NCBI GenBank assembly: GCA_017505525.1
Contig: JAFVPB010000015.1
Span: 26 to 64,025 of the forward strand
DNA from: Clostridia bacterium
Lineage (GTDB): Bacteria; Bacillota; Clostridia; UMGS1883
Direction of reading: 5' to 3'
Length of the DNA: 64,000 nucleotides
A model generated the notes under the pieces. The model made no database searches. It saw nothing but the letters and a program-made list of their open reading frames with translations, and was not told the DNA's origin. This document shows, in pieces, positions 57,179-64,000 of this stretch (position 1 is its first letter; each line of letters begins with the position of its first letter). The position numbers and the translations under genes were made by a program.

Positions 57179-59050
57179 ATGTCTTATTCAATGAAAAATG
57201 GAATTCTGTATGATAATGGAATTCCGAAATTAGCACTCGGGGCATCTTACTACCCGTCTTTCCATCCGGCTAAATTCCCCGTTCCTCCCGAAGGAGACAG
57301 GCTTGGGGAAATGAAAAAGGATTTAAAGCAGATGGAACAAATGGGCTTTAACTTTTTGCGCACAGCGGCATTGGGAGAAGTTTTTCTGGACAATGAAGAA
57401 GTGAAAACCAACACACCCTTTATAGATGATATGGCAAATGAATGTGAAAAAAGAAATATTGCATTGAGTGTTCGTCTGAATGGGTATATTACAAATTTAA
57501 GAGGCAATACAGGTTACGAAATGATAAATCACAAAGGTGAAGAAGCTGAAAAGGCGTGGAGTGTTTTTATTGAATTCTGTTTACACCACAAAGGAATACT
57601 AAGAGATGACCGAGACGCTACAAAGGCTCTTGCTAAGCACTTTACCGAGTTTCCGGCTGTAGTATCATACCAGATATATAACGAACCTCACTATCCGGAA
57701 AACGGTATTTTTGATTATCACCCCCTGGCGCTTAACGCTTATCGCAAGTGGCTTGTTGAAAAGGGATATATGTCCGAAAACGAAGCTGAAAGCTACATTC
57801 CTCCGTCTGAAAAGCCTACAGACATCAATGGCATAGAAGAATGGATTCGTTTCAGAATATTTTCAATGAATGCAATGTTAGACTTTTTAAATAAAACATC
57901 AGATTACGCCAAAGAAGTTGCTCCTGAAATTGAAACTTATACTTGCTACACCTGTGGGGAGGCAGGCAACAAACCTATTTCTTCAGGTGTGAGCTATTTT
58001 GGTGATGATATGGATGTTTTAGGTCTGACACAATATATAAATTTAGTGGGTTCAGACATCTATTCGGCTTTATACACCCTTGACTCAGCGGCATCTGCGG
58101 CAGAAGTAAAGGGAAATCGTGTTTGGATGATTGAGGCAGATGCCCGCGTTAAATCGCCCGCAAGGAAAATATATGCACAAACCTATATGATGCTTGGAGC
58201 AGGATTTAAGGGTATATGCTATTATGCCTGGAAGGGTGACTACCCATATGAAGGGACTCCTATTCCTGACAACTGCGGGTTTTATCACTATGATGGGACC
58301 CCTTCGCTGGAGCTTGAAGAAAAGAAAAAACTTTTCCCTATGCTTAATCGTTACTCCACTGAACTTGTACTCGCCGAAAGAATGCATTCGGGCATCGCTA
58401 TTCTCCATTCAGATCATGGTGCTGCATATGGGGAAGCAGTTTCAAACTTTAATGCAAAGGGTATAAATCCTTGGCAAAAAGAAAGTATCCGCATTTATGC
58501 AGAGCTAACAAGAGAAGGACAATTGGTCGATTTTGTGCAAGCAAGGGATTTATGTAAGACACCATATCCTGTAAACATACTATTTGTTCCATTTTTTGAA
58601 TATCTGTCTGAGGAAGAAAAAGAAATCCTTAAAGATTTTTCTGACAATGGAGGAAAAATATACTGTTCTGATCATAAAGTCACATTCTCATACATAAATG
58701 TGTTAGGATTTCGTGATTATAAAAAACCTAAATTGAATGATCTCACCGACGAATTTGGTGGAGCCTGTGAAATGGCTGATATACTGGAAGAGAATAACAT
58801 TGAACCATACGTATCAACTAATCATCGTAATCTGTTTTACAAAATAACAAAAACAGATGATGGTCATTTTCTTTTCATAGTAAATAACAGTCCCACACAT
58901 AAGATTATAACCAATCATAGAATCAAAGTAAGGGTGCCTTTTAAAAATGCTCTTCTTATAAATCCTGCAGGCGATGACATACTTACCGTCTGTGATGATA
59001 CTATTTTATTACCCGAGGTCAATTACGGGGCAATAATAAAATTAACCTGA
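57179..59050 (+). CDS. glycoside hydrolase (TIM-barrel, GH42/GH35-like beta-galactosidase-type)
   Basis: 623 aa; 'FNFLRTA', 'YQIYNEPHY' and 'WMIEAD' resemble the GH-A clan catalytic regions. Confidence 0.55.
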   Translation: MSYSMKNGILYDNGIPKLALGASYYPSFHPAKFPVPPEGDRLGEMKKDLKQMEQMGFNFLRTAALGEVFLDNEEVKTNTPFIDDMANECEKRNIALSVRLNGYITNLRGNTGYEMINHKGEEAEKAWSVFIEFCLHHKGILRDDRDATKALAKHFTEFPAVVSYQIYNEPHYPENGIFDYHPLALNAYRKWLVEKGYMSENEAESYIPPSEKPTDINGIEEWIRFRIFSMNAMLDFLNKTSDYAKEVAPEIETYTCYTCGEAGNKPISSGVSYFGDDMDVLGLTQYINLVGSDIYSALYTLDSAASAAEVKGNRVWMIEADARVKSPARKIYAQTYMMLGAGFKGICYYAWKGDYPYEGTPIPDNCGFYHYDGTPSLELEEKKKLFPMLNRYSTELVLAERMHSGIAILHSDHGAAYGEAVSNFNAKGINPWQKESIRIYAELTREGQLVDFVQARDLCKTPYPVNILFVPFFEYLSEEEKEILKDFSDNGGKIYCSDHKVTFSYINVLGFRDYKKPKLNDLTDEFGGACEMADILEENNIEPYVSTNHRNLFYKITKTDDGHFLFIVNNSPTHKIITNHRIKVRVPFKNALLINPAGDDILTVCDDTILLPEVNYGAIIKLT

Positions 59051-59057
59051 TCAAATG

Positions 59058-59150
59058 GCAAGCTTATCGGCGCCGTAACGCACGTACTCATCAACGACCC
59101 GACAAGAGGCTATGGGATTTTTATTGAGAATATGCTAAGGGAAGCATCTT
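59058..59150 (+). pseudogene. diverged fragment of the spoIVB 3' end (last ~30 codons)
   Basis: Encodes '[32 protein letters not shown]', about 85% nt identity to 55216-55327. Confidence 0.6.
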
Positions 59151-59207
59151 AAATTCCCATATACAAAGAGGGTGTTTAAAACTTTGTTTTTAAACACCCT
59201 CTTTTCA

Positions 59208-60272
59208 TTATTCAATTGTATCTATACCCTTAAGGAAATCACTTTCGCTATTTCCGATTAGTCCAAAGTTTGTTCTTGATTCTCCTTTAACCTCGCAAAG
59301 GAAATAATTTTGAATCCCCATCTCCTCTAACATGAGATCGCTTTCTGCAGTGAAGCATCTCGCCTCGTTTGCATAGGGAACAATGGCTATGTATTTACAT
59401 GCAAGCTTAGTATCAGTTTTATAAAAAGTAAGAAGAAAAACGTCTTTTCCTGCAGGGGTTTTGGTATACTTTGTTTCAAATATATATTCAGCGCTTAGTT
59501 CTGCCTGCTTTAAAATATTATTATATGCTGAAATAATTTCTTCATCACTGATAACATCTACTAAAAACTCATATTCATATTGTGATTCAATCTGAATCGT
59601 CGCCACAAACTCGCAAATCAAATCATTCCATATTGCTTTTACAAGTTCTTCAATCTTTGGCTCCTTGCTTGTAAAAATAGCCTGCCAGTCTACACCTGCC
59701 TTCGTTAATTCATTTACATAAAACGGCAAATACTGCTGTTCAAAAGCATACCTGATATCACCATAGAGCGATTTCAACACTTCCATATCGGCTGCGCTCA
59801 ATTCTGTCTGTTTATATGTTTTCGATGCGCTTTCATCCGTTGTGATAATTACTTTAAAGTTTTCTTTATCCCACTCAACCTTTGCGCCCAATCCTTCCGA
59901 AACAGCTCTTACAGGAACGAGTGTTCTTCCCTCTACAATCTTTGCAGGCACATCAAGGGCAATTACTTCTCCGTTTTTAAGCATTTGGTTACTGTTTGCC
60001 GTTATTTCAAGCTTAATTTCACCCTTTACGGCAACGGCTGTTTTTGTTTCTTTAACCCACTCAACCTCTGCACCAATAGCCTCGAATATAAATCTCATCG
60101 GCACAAGGGTTCTGCCGTCTTCAATAACAGGATTAACGTCAAATTCTATTTTTTCGTTGTTTACACACACCGTAACTTCTTTTTCGCTTGCAAGAGCAGA
60201 TGCTGAGAATAAGAAAAGCATTGTCATGGCAAGAAAAAGCGATATGTATTTTTTCGCTGTGTTTGTTTTCAT
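59208..60272 (-). CDS. lipoprotein/secreted protein with two copper-amine-oxidase-N-like (stalk) domains
   Basis: Signal peptide, then 'VPMRFIFEAIGAEVEWVKETKTAVAVKG' and 'VPVRAVSEGLGAKVEWDKENFKVIIT'. Confidence 0.55.
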   Translation of the reverse strand: MKTNTAKKYISLFLAMTMLFLFSASALASEKEVTVCVNNEKIEFDVNPVIEDGRTLVPMRFIFEAIGAEVEWVKETKTAVAVKGEIKLEITANSNQMLKNGEVIALDVPAKIVEGRTLVPVRAVSEGLGAKVEWDKENFKVIITTDESASKTYKQTELSAADMEVLKSLYGDIRYAFEQQYLPFYVNELTKAGVDWQAIFTSKEPKIEELVKAIWNDLICEFVATIQIESQYEYEFLVDVISDEEIISAYNNILKQAELSAEYIFETKYTKTPAGKDVFLLTFYKTDTKLACKYIAIVPYANEARCFTAESDLMLEEMGIQNYFLCEVKGESRTNFGLIGNSESDFLKGIDTIE

Positions 60273-60319
60273 TTTAAGCAGCTCCTTTCCATATCAAATA
60301 TAGCACAAAGCGAGCACCA

Positions 60320-60559
60320 TTGCAACACTTTCGTTTTGGGGGCGAGGCAATTTTTGTTGCAAAAGGCTTAGTCATAAAAATTACCGACCCTGATTTACTT
60401 AAGAAAACAGGCGGTATAATTCAGGGAATGAGTGACAGACCCATCATCCAGAACGGCAAGCTCATCGGCGCCGTAACCCACGTACTCATTAACGACCCCA
60501 CGCGCGGATATGGTATTTTTATTGAAAATATGTTAGTGGAAGCGGAGAAAATTAAATAA
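60320..60559 (+). pseudogene. duplicated spoIVB 3' fragment with mutated catalytic serine motif
   Basis: About 95% nt identity to 55125-55327. 'GMSGSP' is changed to 'GMSDRP', and there is no PDZ or N-terminal domain. Confidence 0.7.
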
Positions 60560-60593
60560 TAAAAATGCTCGTCTATTTAATATAGGCGAGCAT

Positions 60594-61376
60594 TTATTTT
60601 GAAGAAATATATTTTTCAACAAAAACAGATGGAGAGGTTCCGACATATTCTTTAAACTGGCGGCTGAAAAAATAGACATTGTCATATCCACAAAGCTCTG
60701 CAACCTGTGTTATTGAATACTGTTTTGAAAGAAGAAGATCACAGGCATGGTTGATTTTTAGTCGAATAATGTACTTTATAGGTGACATTCCAAACTTTTT
60801 AATAAAAAGTTTTTTAAAATAGGATTCACTGATTTTGCAAAGAGCTGCAAGATACGGTATTGATATTTTTTCGTCAAGAAAGTGGTTTTCTATGTAATTT
60901 ATGGCAGGGCGGATTTTTTTATACTGACCTTCGGGAAGATAGTTATTTTTCTGAAGCTCCGAAAAAATTTTGTAAATCATAGACATAGTTTCAAAATAGT
61001 ACCCTTCGCCCTTTGCCACCCACACTGCAAACATCTTTTTAAAAAGTCCGCCTATATGGGCGGCATTTTTTATGGCTAAAACAAAAGCTTCATCCGAAAT
61101 CGCTGTATCCGTGTCAAAGCTCACAAAAATACATTCACCTCTTCTTTCACGCTCAACAATATACCTTTTGCTTTCGCCACAGGGCAGAAACCGCATGGTG
61201 CCGGGCATTATTTCAAAAACCTTATCATTAAAATACACCCTTGATTCTCCCGAAAAGTGAAAAATCAACTCGTTATGCTTTAAATCAGATGAAAAAACGG
61301 TCTTTTGATCCTTGTATTCGTACTTATCAACCATTGCAACACGGTTTATATTTGTTATCACAAATTTATTTTCCAT
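60594..61376 (-). CDS. AraC-family transcriptional regulator
   Basis: N-terminal cupin-like sensing domain and a C-terminal AraC HTH 'LAALCKISESYFKKLF...VAELCGYDNVYFFSRQFKEYVGTSP'. Confidence 0.75.
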   Translation of the reverse strand: MENKFVITNINRVAMVDKYEYKDQKTVFSSDLKHNELIFHFSGESRVYFNDKVFEIMPGTMRFLPCGESKRYIVERERRGECIFVSFDTDTAISDEAFVLAIKNAAHIGGLFKKMFAVWVAKGEGYYFETMSMIYKIFSELQKNNYLPEGQYKKIRPAINYIENHFLDEKISIPYLAALCKISESYFKKLFIKKFGMSPIKYIIRLKINHACDLLLSKQYSITQVAELCGYDNVYFFSRQFKEYVGTSPSVFVEKYISSK

Positions 61377-61518
61377 AATATCACCACATCAATTATATCA
61401 TTTTTTAATTATAAAAGCAATAAAAACACAAAGCATTGTACCGAAAAGTGCAAATGTGTTTTTTTAGTGTATTTACATTTCCCGGCTCAGGTATATAATC
61501 AATCCCGAGGTGATCTTT

Positions 61519-63642
61519 ATGACAGATAGAATAGCTGAACTTACAAAACTTACTTTGGAAGGGAAAATGTTTGCCGAAATGACGGCTACGGAATTTGACC
61601 GTGAAGACATTTTTCTTTCAAAGCAGGAAATGGAATCTAAAAGACTTTGTGAACATATACTCAATCAAAAACCGGTTTTAACACAGTATCAAAAAATGAC
61701 CGGATTTTTCCTTTGCCGCAACGGCATAGTTGTGGGAGATGCCTTCCACCGCCAGGGTCACAAGGCATGGGAAGAGATGCGAAAGGATTTTTATCTTAAA
61801 AACATCGACAATCTTTCAACTTTAGAGTGGCAACACGCAACAGCCGATTATAAAAAGGTTTTGGAAAAAGGCATAAAGGGTATTATTGCAGAAATTGACG
61901 ACTCCCTTAAACTTCATACCGAAAAAGAAGAGCAGGAGTTTCTTTCTGCTCTGAAAAATGTTGCCGAAACTCTCATAAAATGGGCACACAAATGCTCGGA
62001 AAAAGCCCTCGAAATGTCTGAACAAACAGATATCCCCGAATACAGGAGCAATCTTAAAACTCTTTCCGAAGCTCTTAAAAATGTTCCCGAAAACAAGCCC
62101 TCATCATTTTATGAAGCAGTGCTTGCAATTTATGTATGCTTTTCGGCAGACCCGGACAGCGTGGGAACCCTTGACAGATACTTAAATCCTTTTTATGAAA
62201 AAGACCTAAAGGAAGGTAAGCTCACAAGAGACGAGGCAAAAGAATATCTTCAGGAGCTTTTCCTCATGCTTCAAGCTGCCACCCACATAGCCAACGGCAA
62301 TTTCACACGAGGCGGCGAATCACATTTTTGCATCGGCGGTTATCTCCCTGACGGCTCTGACGGCTTTTGTGACCTTTCCAAGCTCATTTTGGAAGCTTTG
62401 ATTGACCTTCCAACATGGATTCCACAGGTAACTTTAAGATGGACTAAAAAAACGCCAAAGGAAGTATTTCGTTTTGCTCTCGACTGTGAAAGAAAAGACC
62501 CAAACAAAAGAATTGCTTTCCAAAACGATGAAAAGCGATTAAAATGCTATACTGAAATATGCGGTTTCCCATTTGAAAAAGCCGTTGGGTATACAACTGT
62601 TGGTTGTAATGAGCCTGCCTTTTTAGGTGCAATTACGGGAAGCAACTCCAAAATAAATTTTGCACGCTGTATTGAAACTCTCTTCCATAAAAAAAGCGAA
62701 AAAATTATAAATACAAAGGATTTTGATGAATTTTATTCAGTATTCTTAGAAGAAATGTTTTCCGACCTTGAAACCGCCTACGAATATGATAATAAATACA
62801 ATCGTATGCGTGCAAAGGATATAAATTATCTTTCAAGCATATTTTTTCAGGGTTGTATAGAAAAAGCCAGAAGTCTTACTCAGGGTGCAGGAGATGTTGT
62901 GATTGCCTCACCAATGTATATCGGAATTGCAAATGTAATTGATTCGCTTATTATAGTAAAGCAGTTTGTGTTTGACGAAAAAATTATTACAATGGCAGAA
63001 CTTGTTTCAGCACTTAAAGCTGACTGGCAAGGATATGAAGAGCTGCATGCTTTAATTCTTAAAAAGGGCGATTTCTTCGGCAATGATACAGACCGCTCAA
63101 ATTACGTAGCACAAAAATTATATCAGAGTCTGTATGAATTCCTGAAAGATAAAACCAATCTTTTTGGCTATCACTGGCTTATCGGCGACCTTATAGGCTA
63201 TAATCCACATCATAAATGGTTTGGTGAAAAAATGGAAGCAACACCCGATGGCAGACATAAATGCGATTCTCTTAAATTTGGTTTGGGACAAAGCGAAGGA
63301 AAGGATAGAAACGGGCTTACTGCACTTTTAAATTCAATTGCCAAGGTTGACCCGAATGCAATCGGATGCGGTTCTACCGTTACCAATCTGATGATAGATG
63401 AACAACTTGTGAAAAATGAAGAGAATTTTGAAAAAACCGTTGATATGCTTGAAACATATTTCAAAAACGGCGGTGTGCATTTTCAGCTTACCTATGTTTC
63501 TAAGGAAGACTTGATAAATGCTAAAGCAACACCTGACGATTATAAAAATTTACGTGTTCGTGTATCAGGATTTTCTGATTATTTTGTAAAGCTTAACGAA
63601 GCAATACAGGATGATATTATCAAAAGGACGACGCAAAAATGA
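61519..63642 (+). CDS. glycyl radical enzyme (PFL2/glycerol-dehydratase-type), substrate unknown
   Basis: C-terminal glycine-radical motif 'RVRVSGFSDYF' and thiyl-loop 'VGCNEPAF' (GCxE). The start is the ATG at 61519 after a GAGGTGA RBS. Confidence 0.85.
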   Translation: MTDRIAELTKLTLEGKMFAEMTATEFDREDIFLSKQEMESKRLCEHILNQKPVLTQYQKMTGFFLCRNGIVVGDAFHRQGHKAWEEMRKDFYLKNIDNLSTLEWQHATADYKKVLEKGIKGIIAEIDDSLKLHTEKEEQEFLSALKNVAETLIKWAHKCSEKALEMSEQTDIPEYRSNLKTLSEALKNVPENKPSSFYEAVLAIYVCFSADPDSVGTLDRYLNPFYEKDLKEGKLTRDEAKEYLQELFLMLQAATHIANGNFTRGGESHFCIGGYLPDGSDGFCDLSKLILEALIDLPTWIPQVTLRWTKKTPKEVFRFALDCERKDPNKRIAFQNDEKRLKCYTEICGFPFEKAVGYTTVGCNEPAFLGAITGSNSKINFARCIETLFHKKSEKIINTKDFDEFYSVFLEEMFSDLETAYEYDNKYNRMRAKDINYLSSIFFQGCIEKARSLTQGAGDVVIASPMYIGIANVIDSLIIVKQFVFDEKIITMAELVSALKADWQGYEELHALILKKGDFFGNDTDRSNYVAQKLYQSLYEFLKDKTNLFGYHWLIGDLIGYNPHHKWFGEKMEATPDGRHKCDSLKFGLGQSEGKDRNGLTALLNSIAKVDPNAIGCGSTVTNLMIDEQLVKNEENFEKTVDMLETYFKNGGVHFQLTYVSKEDLINAKATPDDYKNLRVRVSGFSDYFVKLNEAIQDDIIKRTTQK

Positions 63643-64000
63643 AATTACGGAATGAAACTATGAAAACTATAATTTTTGACATAGAAAGAAATTCTTTTGT
63701 AGATGGTCCGGGAATACGGACAACGGTGTTTTTCAAAGGTTGTAATTTAAAATGCAAATGGTGTCACAATCCCGAAAGCCAAAATCGTGAAAAAGAAATA
63801 TTGTTTTATAAAAACAAATGCACATGGTGTGGAAGATGCAGTGAGTTGACTGTTGATGATGAACACTTCCTTTGCTTTAATGATGCAAAGGAAATCTGCG
63901 GAAAAGAATATACAGTTGATGAGGTTTTTGCTGAAGTAATAAAGGACAAAGCTTTTTACGAAACTTCAGGCGGCGGAGTTACTTTTTCAGGCGGCGAATG
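63639..64000 (+). CDS. glycyl-radical enzyme activating protein (radical SAM), 3'-truncated by window end
   Basis: 'CNLKCKWCHNPES' CX3CX2C radical-SAM cluster and 'GGGVTFSGGE'. Its start overlaps the GRE stop (ATGA). Confidence 0.75.
   Translation, partial: MKLRNETMKTIIFDIERNSFVDGPGIRTTVFFKGCNLKCKWCHNPESQNREKEILFYKNKCTWCGRCSELTVDDEHFLCFNDAKEICGKEYTVDEVFAEVIKDKAFYETSGGGVTFSGGE

Overview
This is a low-GC Firmicutes (Clostridia-type) chromosome segment. The sporulation genes (spoIVB, a CwlC-like amidase, a PdaA-like deacetylase) and the collagen-like and BspA-LRR surface proteins fit that assignment.

The window has five parts:
- 1-7.7 kb, housekeeping: a HAD hydrolase, pyrR, rpmB, polA, coaE, a lytic transglycosylase, apbE and rpsT.
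- 7.8-26.4 kb, a compact prophage-like element, almost entirely on the minus strand. Reading from the high-coordinate end it carries: a CI-like XRE/S24 repressor with palindromic operators, three small genes, the large terminase, an HTH protein, portal, a Prp-like cysteine protease, scaffold, a 448-aa major capsid, and several structural proteins including two collagen-repeat proteins. A host-type nfnAB operon (NADH-dependent ferredoxin:NADP oxidoreductase), with its own promoter and terminator, sits between structural genes. The element ends with a BspA-like protein, a holin and an amidase_2 endolysin. No integrase, replication, tape-measure or tail-tube genes are visible.
- 26.5-34.2 kb: the rimP-nusA-ylxR-ylxQ-infB-rbfA-nrnA-truB-ribF operon.
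- 34.7-55.3 kb: capA-like, gltX, a dGTPase-like HD protein, cell-wall and surface proteins, cls, zur-znuCB, an ABC exporter, yajC-secDF, a deacetylase and spoIVB.
- 55.4-64 kb, an accessory sugar/anaerobic-metabolism patch: AraC regulators, a GRP-like transporter, a glycoside hydrolase, and a glycyl-radical enzyme plus activase at the window edge. Two duplicated spoIVB 3' fragments lie inside it.

The most unusual signal is a previously unannotated interspersed structured element. It has three full copies (1865-2298, 18567-18830, 31251-31493) and an end fragment at 7785-7833. The copies share 5' and 3' modules, compensatory stem changes between copies and 18-21 bp flanking direct repeats. One copy overlaps the rbfA stop codon and one lies inside the prophage.

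Other notable points:
- A phage-encoded Prp-type protease paired with a capsid whose N-terminus carries an L27-like 'LQLFA' cleavage motif.
- The nfnAB moron.
- An iteron-rich 500-bp convergent intergenic region (34.2-34.7 kb).
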